A DNA stretch of 64,000 nucleotides from Camelus ferus (taxonomy: Eukaryota), in assembly GCF_009834535.1 (NCBI RefSeq), contig NC_045697.1, positions 6,884,001 to 6,948,000 of the forward strand. The letters run 5' to 3'. Position 1 is the first letter of the stretch. Every line of letters begins with the position of its first letter. A model generated the notes under the pieces. The model saw nothing but the letters and a program-made list of their open reading frames with translations, was not told where the DNA came from and did no database searches. Positions 35,738 to 46,980 of the stretch are shown one piece after another. Made by a program: the position numbers and the translations under genes.

Positions 35738-38639
35738 TCAATGTCAATACTCAGCTGTGATTTTCCAAATAGCCTTTTGATGAAAACCGTGGCATACATA
35801 AGATTCTGGAAGTCAATGTTTTATTTCCAAGAAATTCTTATAATTTGGGGGTTTCATAAATACTGAAAGACTCAGGACATAAAATATGCATTTCATCTAA
35901 TAGACTGAAGAACACTCAATGAAAAGGAATTATTTTCCTCACTCTAAATTTAATAAAGCTCCCATTGGCAGGAGAAGAAGAAAATGTATGAAGGTAAACA
36001 AAAGGTTAAACACGGGTCCCTAAAAGAAACCTGAGCCCAAATTCTTCTCCTCTTTTGATCCATGGGAAGGGCAAGACAACGGATCTGCAAAATATAGACT
36101 ATATGGACAGATTTAAGGACCTCATGATCAAAAACCACATGATTCATTGTTCTGAACACAATTAGTGGCAGAATTGTTTGCAAATCTTGCAAGATTTCCT
36201 TGCAGAGACTGACAGAGGTATGTATAGTCAATAATGTTGTGTTGCATGTGCAGTAAAAGAGGGTCTGAGCTGGGCGGTTGAATACTCAAAAGGTTAGAGG
36301 AGAGAATGTTCAAGTGTCCCATGTCCTTGGGAAGGGTGCAGATGTTAGCAAGTTGGATGAGTACCCTCAGGGTAAGGAGGAGAGGATTAAGAAAAAACAC
36401 CACGGACCAATGGGTGAGGACCAGGAAGAGCATAAATAAAATTAGCAGATAGAAAAGTGAATAGATTTCAGCAAGGAAGGACCATAAGCCCCTGTACTTA
36501 TGTGATTGGCATGGCCCACTGCCCTGAAGTTTGAAGTTAAAATCAACCCAAAAACATGATTAAGAGCAGATGAAAACCCTCATCTTGGCTGAGAAAACTC
36601 TAAAATGCTTGGGTTTTTCCTGACTTGATTAAGATGAAGTTTTCCTTGTTAAATTAAATTAGATTCACTTATTAACAATAATCTGAAGTATATTTTGTTC
36701 ACTGTCTCCTCCCACATTACTGAAGATGTAGGAGTAACAGCAGAGGAATATCTACAGCAACAGTGCAAAGGAAAACTTGAAGGAGGAGACATGGTAGACA
36801 GTGTCTGGATGGATGAGCAGATGAATGAATAGACGGACAGGCGAGTGTGTGGATGGATGGATAAATGGATGGAGAATCAGAAAAGAAAACTTCACACCAG
36901 GTTGAAAGTAATTTTTCCTGTTTCTCCTAACTTACACAGAAATACCTGGTATGTACAAAAATATTTGTCTAAAACCCTTTTCATAATGTGCATGCAATCA
37001 AGCTTCGCTATCTCTCTTGACAGACTCTGAGCTTCTGACAGCAGCAGACTTATTGTGCGTAAATTTGCATCTTCCTTCTTTGACGTGTTACTTTTCCTTT
37101 GTCATCTTTCTTTGTGTGAACCTCTGGTGCCGGCCCATCTCAGAACATGAAATCCACCGTGTCTTCATAACCTGTCATATGTGACTGTGCACTCTCCATC
37201 TTACAGGCATTAAGCAGTCTACATTATGCTAAGATTGAGGACACTTATTTCTCAGACTCTCTGTTTTATAGCCAAAAATCCATTAGATCAGAAATATCAG
37301 CCTTCACACAGACACATAACAGGAGGAACAGGAGACAGACACCCTGGTGTTGCTTCCCAAACTGCACCTGGACGAATGGAAAGTGGGCTTTGGTAAGGTG
37401 ATTACTAGATTCCAGACAAGACGTTAAGTCTCCACAAGAAGCGGGTTCAATGCAGAGGAGGGCAGAGTCCACCCTGCGGGCCAGATGCTGTCTGACGCCT
37501 GGGGAAGCTCTGCATTGTGAATATCCTTGGACTCCAGCCTCTTTTTCTGAATTTTCTTTTCTTTTTTTTTTTTTTTTACCCTTGCAGAAGGATTTTCCAC
37601 TGGTCTCATCCCCTGACTGCATACTAGCCTGGGACTTGACCTACTTTTCATTGTCAGCATCTGGTGTCATTTTTTTGGAAATCGTGTCTTTTCTCTCCAC
37701 TGAATCATAGTAGTCACTATTTCTCCCATAATCCATATCCCCCTCAGGCCCTGATCCAAGCCATGCCCTGCTCTTCAGGCAGGATTTGCAATAGTGCTGA
37801 TTCAGCACAAGTCCTCTTGTCCCTTCTTGGATACAAAAACAATGGCATGGGACAGAAGTATGACAAGATTTGTTAAGGGTGTGTCACCAGGGTAAACTAA
37901 ATAGGCAAAGGGGTGCTAAATGCTGTGGGCAGGGGAAGGAGTCCTTCACTGAGAACGGGCAACTCTAAACATATTAGAGAAAGATAAATCAAGAGAGAAA
38001 GCGTAGAAAGACAAGTGGCTGGACATCTGAGGCCTCTCCATCTCACCCTGGGCTCTGCTCTTGTTCTTTGTGCATAAACAGTGAGTTTGCCTGCAGCGTT
38101 TTAAAGGCGTTGTGTGTCTGTGGCACAAAGGCCATATCCAAGTAAGCTCGAGCTTGGGAAAAGCTTTCAAAAGAAAGAGTTTTCAAATATTGAAAAGGAA
38201 ACACGTTTTTGTGGTTATCTAATATTTAAAAGTCTCTTTGAGTGGGGGATTTTGTATGCTGGAGAGCCATACCTCTCAAACTATCTGAGGAGGGAACCAG
38301 TTTTGTTTTGTTATTTCTCCAGTTTGTTTTTTGCAAAATACAATAAAAGTTGGGGAATTCCTCTGATCACAAGCCTAGCTATCAGAGCACTATCATATTG
38401 CTCTAAACATTTCTAAACACACTCTTCTCATTTCTGCAGGAAAGTGAGATATCACTGCTAACCAGAAACAGACTCTCCAGGGCTGGTGCAGGTCCATGGA
38501 ACCTCTCTGCTCTCATTTGCTGCCTGACTCTAGCCCTCACCTGCTGCGAGCTGAGGCTGCCTCCCCTCCTAACACTCAGCGTGGTCACATATGCAACCTC
38601 TATTCTCTGATGAAAGGAGATCAGCAAGCATGGCTGGGG

Positions 38640-38745
38640 GCAGTCTTCCCATTTTACAGATGGGGCTACGGAAAGTCAGAAAGGTCGAGCCATTTAGCTG
38701 ACAACCATACAGCCAGTGAGTGACAGATACAGGACTCCTCGATTC
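38640..38745 (-). mobile_element. MIR core
   Basis: 'cccattttacagatgggg...acagccagtgagtgacagatacaggactc'. Confidence 0.75.
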
Positions 38746-39270
38746 AATGTTGTCTAATGGCCCATCAAAGAAAGATGTTATTGGAAAATGCACATGTTCA
38801 ATACTGCCTGTGCTCTTCACAATACTCATGGAAGCAACAAAAGAAATTTCCAAGAAGTCCTGCAGAAAAGACACCTGATTGAATTTTGTTCCCCAGATAT
38901 GTTCCCTCAGGAATCACCTAACAGTATCCAAACTGTGGAAATGACTGCTACCCTGTGTGTCTGGTTGAGAAATGAACGTCACTACCCCTGAAGATTTACC
39001 GGCTAGATCTGGAGATCCCCTTGCAAAGTCAAATACACCACAGTGCATTGCTTTTCATTATTCTCACTTCTGGTACCATCATACTCAGAGACAAAATGCA
39101 TGATCACTAGGTATTGCCCCAAATCACTTAAAAACCCCAAGTCCACTGTTCGTCAAGACTGTGAGAGTCTGGCAACCACCCACTGCTGACTAGGCTGAGG
39201 GTCCATGGGATCTTGGTGAAGCTATACGCTGTCTCTGTAATCCCACCTTCCCTAGAAGGTCCCAGTCTTC

Positions 39271-39670
39271 TGTGGGGGAAGAGCAGACACAGCAGAGGAA
39301 CAAGCACAGGATTCGACAGGCACAGAGGAGGGCTCCAGAGACATATGCTCAGTCAAAGCAGGTCTGTTTTGCTAACATAAAGGTCCTGGTTGGAAAAACC
39401 TGGGGCCCTGTAAACTGGAGCAGGGCATCTGGACAGATGCTCCTAAGGATTTCAGTTCTGCACACTCACCTGGACCATCAGTGGCTTCAGAGTTGATGTA
39501 GCCTAAAGCATCTCCCCTGTGCAGGAAGATCCTACAAAGGCCTTTCCCCAACAAAACTGTGAGATCTCTCTGGAGCTGCCTTGGGCTGCTCTCTTTGGAT
39601 GATAAACCAATGACTATGAATAAATCTCACTCTATCAGGGTCAGCTTGGGATTTGCTGGGTCTGATAGCA
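39271..39670 (+). mobile_element. LTR-like segment (family not recognised) directly upstream of the ERVL gag remnant
   Basis: About 400 bp, begins TG, AATAAA at ~39619 about 50 bp before a CA end, abuts gag. No TSD seen. Confidence 0.4.
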
Positions 39671-39675
39671 ATACA

Positions 39676-40495
39676 AGATATTATACCCTAAAAGAGCTGT
39701 GAATATCACCTAGTGAACACTGGCAGGAGCCAGGGGAGTATCTCTGAATCTCGATTTTAAGAGTGCTTGATCAACCTGGTCGGAACAGAAGCCTGGGCAA
39801 GAAACAACTCATTGTCCTGAAGCACTTTTTCATGACATGGTATCTAACCCTCGGTATCAGAATGTAGGGCTCCCTGAAGCCTGGAGAAGGTGACGCCCCA
39901 TTCTGGATAAAGCAGAATTTCCTGAGTTGCTGTGAGCAGCAGTAGAGGAAGGAAGAAAGAGGCTGAGAGAAGTGGGCATAGCAAAACGACCGTGTTACAT
40001 GGCGCTAGAAGATCCACCAGAAGGGGATATTCCACCAAAGGCTCATTCACATCCATTCATCAGCACAGTCAGAACTAGGCTTGTGAGACAGGCAGTGGCA
40101 TTTCTGGTAATTTCCCTGGTGACTCTCCTGTAAAGAGCAAGGTGGGTGGTGGAAGAGTCATCACAGAGCTGGGCTTATTAATATTCATGGAGGCCAGGTG
40201 GCAACACTTAACATTTAGTATTAGGGGCTGCAGTTCCCATTACAGCCCATGAGGGTGGAGGGAGGGATCTTGACCAGGAGTCTTAGATACAGTTCATAAA
40301 ATATTATATCCTTAGAGACAAAATAGACAGATTGGCAATGAAGGGGTTGCCTCACATCTGCTCTCAGAAGAAGATAAAAATGAAGGTGCCTAAGGCTGGG
40401 GACAATTGCTCCAATTAAAAAAAAAAAAAAAAGTCATGGATCATTGCTCAGTTCTTGGACCTGAGATAATTTTCAGATCCAGAACTCCTTGCCTT
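39676..40495 (+). pseudogene. Degraded ERVL-class gag
   Basis: Hand translation gives YYTLKEL*...WQEPGEYL*ISILRVLDQPGRN (from 39676); EAWRR*RPILDKAEFPELL*AAVEEGRKRLREVGI (~39876-39980); DKIDR...SQKK; KSWIIAQFLDLR*FSDPE (~40431-40485). These match remembered ERVL gag motifs (YTPKEL, QEPGEY.W.WILRVLDQGGRN, PELPW..VEEG..RLREVG, AQFPDLSQFSDPEP). Confidence 0.88.
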
Positions 40496-40629
40496 TGTAG
40501 AATGGACACCACACAGCACATGTCCACAGTAGAGATGCCCTTAGTTCTTCCAAAAAGGAGTCTATGGCCTTTCATTTAGAATGAGAAAAAGAGAATCCTG
40601 GTTGGCCTGGTCAATGATATAAGTAGACT

Positions 40630-41480
40630 TACAACTTGGACCATACATTCAGCAGACCCTACAGTGCTGGAGGTGCTGATAGTGGGAAAAGATGCAGTAT
40701 CGAGTATGGTCATAGCAGGAGAATCAAGATGCTGACCCCTAAGGCTCTAAAGCCAGGGCATGCTATCTGCAGCAAAGAATTGTAACTAGTCAAGAAAGAA
40801 CTCCTGACATGTTACAGGATGCCAATAGAGATGGGGCACTTGATCATGGAGCACAAGTCATCACACATCCTGCCCATTATGAGCGGATTCTGTCAGCCCT
40901 GCCAATGTAAAAGTTAGACAATCCATAACTGTGGAATCTAGCAGCAGTCCAGCAGTTCATTATAAGATGAAAATGACATATCTAGGAATAAGACCAAGCA
41001 AAATCAAATGCCATGAACAAGCTTCATGTCCAAATGTTCCAGACTCATTGTTACAGAACACAGTGGCACCATTACTGCCCCCCTCTTCTAGTTCACACTT
41101 ATAATTGTGTGTGTGTGTGTGTGTGTGTGGCAGGGAGGTAGCATATGACCACTTGAAAGGAGAGGAAAATATCCAAGCTTGGTTGATGTATATGTCAGCT
41201 TGGGATGTGCATGCAAATCAAAAACAGATGGTGGTTGCCTAAGAGCCACACCAAAGGGTGGCAGCTGAAAGACGGTAGAGAGGAAAATGTTTTCCAATGG
41301 ATAGAAATATGAATACTGAATCTGGTTATCCTTTGTGTGCGAGGAGAAATATTTTGTGATGAGAATACATATATTCAATATATAAATTCTATATATATAT
41401 ATATTCTATATGTTTAAAGATTTCTGGGCAGTAGCCAATTTCATCCCAGCTAGATAGAAAGCTAAAAGGAAAGGCAATTG
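40630..41480 (+). pseudogene. Degraded ERVL pol: RT connection/tether and RNase H
   Basis: LGPY/SADPTVLEVLIVGKDAV..GESRC*PLRL*SQGMLSAAKN; KELLTCY; QQFIIR*K*HI; AYDHLKGEENIQAWLMYMSA; GKCFQWIEI; DFWAVAN. Many stops and frameshifts. Confidence 0.88.
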
Positions 41481-41524
41481 ACTTGATAGAATGTTAAAAC
41501 AGCTTAGTGAAGACACAGTAGTGG

Positions 41525-42058
41525 CATCTGTTTGGAGACAATTCTTTGGAAGTTTGGGGTGTCCTTATTCAGAGCACAATATTGGCATAAATCAGAGACC
41601 TCTGTAATCAGGAGGGGAGGTGGGACCAAGGGAATGGAAGCAGGAGGGTTTCCACACACTGTCACCTTAGACATCCACAGGGGGACGTTGTGTTCCCTTG
41701 TCCCCAAAATTCTAGGCTCTCCAGAATTAGAGTTCCTGATTTCCCAAGGGGCTATACTTTTCTACGAAACAGCAAGTGACCATTGGACCACATGCTCTGG
41801 TGGCTGTCTGGGAACTTTAATGGCCCTTGGGTCCAAAGAGTCCTCCTGGCATGAAGACGAATCACCATCTTGCCAGTGGTAATTGATTTTGATCAGCAGG
41901 AAAAAGTGGAGTGTTTTTTCAACAATGTGTAAAGGAAGACTGGATGGAAACAAGGTGGTCAGTGGGGAGGAATCTTGGCACTCCTTGCCTCGTTGTAACT
42001 GTCAGTGGACACGTGCAGGAATCCTGGCCTGATGAATAGTATGAGTCCCAGGGGCTCA
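41525..42058 (+). pseudogene. Degraded ERVL integrase C-terminus and dUTPase
   Basis: FGDNSLEVWGVLIQ; ORF 41532..41882 contains GTKGMEAGGFPHTVT...VPKILGSPELEFLISQG; ITILPVVIDFDQQEKVECFFNN resembles dUTPase motif 3 (GVID.DY.GE). A dUTPase downstream of integrase is characteristic of ERV-L. Confidence 0.8.
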
Positions 42059-42199
42059 CTTAATAGACTACAGTATAGTGCAAACAAAATTTTTATATGC
42101 ATTGGAAACACAAAAAATTGTGTGACTCACTTTATTGCAATATTTGCTTTATTGTGGTGGTCTGGAAATCAAACCCTCAGTATCTTTGAGGTATGTCTG
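42057..42199 (+). mobile_element. Tigger1 3' terminal fragment
   Basis: 'cacttaatagactacagtatagtg...tgtgtgactcactttattgcaatatttgctttattgtggtggtctggaa...cagtatctttgaggtatgtctg' is the Tigger1 right end including its TIR. Confidence 0.92.
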
Positions 42200-43914
42200 A
42201 GATATTTCAGTTTTTTTTTTTTTAAAGGCAGAAACTGTCTCTAAAGGATTTTGAAAATTCTCTAAGGTGACAGAGATAGTGAATGAGAGTCCAAATATAC
42301 ACCTTTATTGGGTATACCAAAAACATTCCATTGAAAGCCTGCAACTGTGACAGAGTGCAGCCAGTCCTGCTATGGGTATAGGGGAAGTTAGAGAGGACTT
42401 CTGAGAGGAAGTGAGCTTTTGTCTCTAGTAAGCCACTACATTTTTGCAAGTACAAAAATCCAGTTTCAATATTTTGATATCCTTTGGGACAGAAACATTT
42501 TTGTTATTCAACCGAGGTCATGTGTGCCTTGAGCTCCCTCCGTTCTGAATGGCTCCTTGTCCTGTGTCTGTCCATCACCCCCGGAACTTCCTGTGCCACA
42601 GCCCTTCTAAGAAGACAACAGCTGCTTGTTTTGCTCATTTCCTCGTCCATCCTCATCACTAGAGGGAAAAGAGAAAGCTACTTATTCACTAATCTGCACT
42701 TGGAAAATATTTCTCATACTGTCTCAGTAAAAGTCAGTTTGTCATCTCTGATAACTATTACTCAATGGAAAATGACACTGAATGAGTTTCGCTGTCTTCA
42801 AGGCTGCTCCCTCAGAATGCTAAGAAATATGGATATTTGGTAGATTCCAATCAATAACTTTGAAAAAGCCATCTGATCCAAACAGCTCAGTCCAATCCTG
42901 CAGCTTTGTTCCTCCAGCCCAGAACAGGCAATTCTAAAATGTTTAAGTAAATGACAAAATAATTACTATCGCCTCTTCTCTTTCCTCTCTCTGGTACAAG
43001 TGGCACAACATAGAAATCAACTATAAGGAGAAGCGTATTTCATTTAATGACCTCCACCTAAACTTCTGGTGTGATACTAGGCTCTTTCCAAAAGCCACGC
43101 TGGGTAAATAATATTTCCTTATTTTATGAAAGCTCCTGTGATGAGTTCAATGGTTTCAGGGTTAATCTAAAGAGAGACAGAGTCACAAAAAGCAGTAACA
43201 TCGCTTTTTTGGGCTGTGCCTGGACAGAGTTAGATGGGCAGAGTCCCTCCCACCAAGAGATCTTCCAGAGACAACAGCACATAGTGTTTTGAGGGTTAGA
43301 GCAAGCTCCTTCCAAGGGAGAAGAGCAAATCACAGATGGAGCTTCCATGTCTAGGTGATGCCACTTGTCTTTCGGCAGCAGATGAGGTTTGTACATCAAT
43401 AGCTCCTAAGAGAGGCAGCGGTTGGGATCTAGCTATAAGGCTTGTCTCATTGGTGGTTGGGTGGCAGATGTTGGGTCCAGTTTTGTGGGAAAAGTACATA
43501 AGCTCTAGATGGCTAAAATGCATTTATTCAGATTTTCTTTCCTATATATATGTAACAGTTGTACATGTAAGATTTAGGTTAATAAACAGGGGCTGTCTTT
43601 GGCCCACTTACGTAACAGACTCAAAGTGTTTTTTTTGTTTGTTTGTTTGTTTGTTTTTTGCAAGATGGTACAGCAAGGGAAAGTTAAAACTGGAGTGTGA
43701 ACTCAGATTAACGTTTGTTATTCCATCAGGCAAATGGTACATATACCACGCCTGACAATAGTACATTTGCCTACCATACCAATTTCGCATTTTCAAGTAT
43801 TAAAGGGACAACTTTATCTCCAAGTGCCATAAAAGAAGACAGTAAGGCAAATGTTCAAAGAGTGGTCACTCACCTTGCACTCTGAAATGTCATTGTTAAA
43901 ACTCTGGGTTGATG

Positions 43915-44088
43915 ACAGAAAGAGAGAGAGAGACAGAGACAGATGAGAGAGAGCTAACAAAGAGGGGAGGATGGAAGAAAAGGAGGGAGGGAGGGTGGAA
44001 AGACAGAAAGGAAGGAGAAAAAGGGAAAGGGAAGGAAGGGAGAGATGAAGGGATGGAGGGAGGAAGGACGAAAAGGAGAAAAAAAAAT
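43915..44088. repeat. Purine-rich (GA/GGAA) low-complexity tract
   Basis: Directly visible. Confidence 0.85.
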
Positions 44089-44769
44089 AGTGACCCACAA
44101 AGTTTACCAATCTGAAACAGTATGCCATTGGAAATCAGAGGTATATTTTGAAATACATTTTTTAAACGATTTAAAAACTCATTCCATAAAATTAATTCAC
44201 TTTGTCTTACCCACACGTTCAATGTTTCCCCCTTTCTTTTGTGAGTATTTACCTTTACTTTGGCTTTCATTTGAGTATGAAGATGAAAGCAAACAAAGCC
44301 TATTTTTTCTTCTCTCTCAAAATAATAATGAAGAAATTAATCTCATTGGTAACTTTCAAAGGAAGAGGGCAAGCCATTGGCTCTGGTAAGTGGAACTGAA
44401 TTCTTAAAATAAAGGTGGTCATTAACTGTTGAATCTGACCTGCCACAGATCATCATGTTTTGACCCCACATGCCCTACCTTCTTTCCAATGCCTGAACTT
44501 TACTTCTTGTTCCCTCCCACATGGGTGTCACTTGGATGCAAGAATGCTCACCTCTCATAGCAGGTTACGCCATTGAAAAGATAGCAAAATTTGTCCCCTC
44601 ATTACCTACCAGCCTGAGGGTGTAAGTACAAAAAGGAGATCTCGAAAAAAATCAATTGAAACTGGAATCAGTAAAAGAGGTGTTTACTCCCAAGTGTATA
44701 ACTTCTAATAGACTTTGTCCCTTCACTGAGCTTCAGTTTTCTCATCATAAACTTTGGAAGGGGATGAAA

Positions 44770-44960
44770 CTCATTAGTATTTAAGTACCTACAAGTTGCC
44801 AAGAATGTAAAATATACCATAACATTTAAACTTCATGATAACCATTGAGGATGAGGAAAACAATCAAAAAAGCTCATAAAGGAAAAGTGTGTCCATGTCT
44901 ACACTGCAAGTGACAAGAATCTACCTTTAAATGTTTGTCCAATTGACTTCAAAGCCTGTA
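44770..44960 (-). mobile_element. MIR fragment
   Basis: 'gtatttaagtacctac...cttcatgataaccattgaggatgaggaaa'. Confidence 0.55.
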
Positions 44961-45019
44961 GTCTTTAAGACCCCACATGCTAACTTTCTTGGCTATCGAC
45001 CCATGAAAGAAGTAGTCCT

Positions 45020-45620
45020 AGTGGGCATTTCAAACCTTACAAGTCCAAAACGCAACCCCAGATTTTCCCTTCCAACACTTGCTCCAGATTTTCCCAGCTC
45101 TTCAGTTGGCACTAGCATAACCCTAGTTAATCTCAAATTCCAGAAAGCATCTTCGTTTCTTTTTCAACGTCATTTCCATCTCCTGTTTAATCTATCAGCC
45201 GATCCTCTGGACTTGAGCTTCATAACACTGCCCGCATTGCCATGTCCTCTGTCCCTCCCTGGATGAAGCCATTCTCCAGCCTTAAAAGTATCCTCTTACC
45301 ACTCTTTTTCAATGTTGCTGCAGCCTTGGATAATGATCAACAAAATCTTTTTTAAAAAATTATATCAATCTACATCATTTCCCTGTTTGGAAGCCTTCAT
45401 TGGCTTCCAATTGTATTTTTAATAATAAACTTGAAAATCCTTATAGCTCCCCAGAGCTTTATATCTGGTTGCCTTCCTTCCAACTACTTTGTCCATCACC
45501 TTCTCGCACTTCCTTTCATTGACCCAGACAAAGGGGAATTTCTTTTTCTTAAAAACTCCAAGGTCACTTCTTCATTATCACCTTTATGCCATTTTTCCTC
45601 ACTTCTTTGGATAATTTTGC
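45020..45620 (+). mobile_element. L2 internal/3' fragment
   Basis: 'ggcatttcaaaccttacaagtccaaa', 'ttcccagctcttcagttggcactagcat', 'aagccttcattggcttccaattg'. Confidence 0.7.
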
Positions 45621-45963
45621 CTTTTTCATATTATTCCATAGAGTATTCATATATTCTGTACACAAATCCTTTATTAGACTTGTGTGTTACAAGTACTTTC
45701 TTTCAGTTTTGATTTGTCTTTTCCTTCTTTATGACATCTTTTAATCAAAAAAGTTTTAAATTTAATGTACTTATACTTATCGATCTGTTGATTAATGGTT
45801 TATGTTTTAAGAAATCTTTTTCTGTCCTGAAGCCATGAAGATAATCTCCCATATTGTCTTATAAAGTTGTGTAGCTTTTCCTTTCACATAAAAATAATTT
45901 AACAACACGAGTTTTGAATATTGTGAAATAGAAATCCAATGTCATGTTTTCCCGTGTGGATAC

Positions 45964-46436
45964 TGTGAACAAAGAAGACCCAAAGAGCATTGTTCACCAC
46001 TCAGTTCTACAGAAGCTAAGTTGTTACCCATTGCAGTTGCCCACTGACAGTGCAACTTGTGAGGAATTCAGGTTGATAAATAGGACAAGGCACCTGAGTT
46101 CAGATAAACTCGCCTTAGTTAGATGCACATCTCAGGAAGAATTTCAGTGATCCTGGATTTGGGCATCAACCCCACAGGAAAGCACTAAAATCATTAACTG
46201 GAGATATTTATTCTTTACATTTAGCAGTATATATATATTTTTTACACAGGTGTAAGCTTGGTTGCATGTATTTACTAGCCAAAAAAAAAAAAAATCATAT
46301 GTAAACTGGCTTCTCCCCTACCTCTTCAAAACAATTCCACAGTGCTGAGTGGCTGTCTCCCATGCTAGTCCTCAGTAAGACCTGAATAAAACTTAAACTC
46401 ACAACTCTTGACATTGTGTATTTTTCTTTGTCAACA
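45964..46436 (+). mobile_element. ERV1-class solo LTR (MER34-like 3' end)
   Basis: TGTGAACAAA...TTTGTCAACA imperfect inverted termini; 'gtcctcagtaagacctgAATAAAacttaaactcacaactc'. It interrupts L1 text. Confidence 0.8.
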
Positions 46437-46980
46437 AAATACAATCTTCACAGCATATGAGGTTATCTTACACAACATTCAGATAAATATATTTAGGCAT
46501 TTCAATATAATTTTGTGATTTCTTCATAAAAGGCTTGTAATGTTTTGTTAAATTTATTTCTAGGCACATGTTTTTCTCTCTATTATACATGATTTCTTTT
46601 TTATTACACTTTTCACTGGTTATTGCATGTGTAGAAAAACACACGTGACACCTGAATATTTTGTATCAGTATCCCTACTAAACTGAAAAGCTTCTAAATT
46701 CCAAATTCTCATGGTCATTTTTTCATAGATAATTTCATTATCTGAAAATAACAGCAGTTTAATTCTTATGTTCCAGTTCCTGTGTCTTTTGCTTCTATTT
46801 CTGGACATACTGCACTACTTTGGATTTCAAGTACAATATTGAATAGGTATATTCACAGCTTTTAAAAGATCTCTATTGTGTTCCCAACCTTAAATAAGTA
46901 AGACTTATATTTGCTATTAAATTTTATATTGTTTTTAAAGAGATGCCCTTTGTTAGGTGTGAAACGTCCTTTTAATTCTT

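Noticed and set aside
39676..40495. A domesticated Fv1-like gag gene
   Set aside because: Multiple in-frame stops, frameshifts, deletions and a poly(A) expansion leave no open frame.
17920..42058. The LTR33-like LTR and the ERVL internal fragment as one provirus
   Set aside because: They are 21 kb apart, separated by unique DNA and many MIR/L2 copies that are generally older than ERVL, so independent insertions are more parsimonious.
43814..44270. Overlapping ORFs rich in S/L/P/F or R/E/G/K (also 30625..31151 and 51050..51280)
   Set aside because: These are artefacts of stop-free purine or pyrimidine low-complexity tracts.
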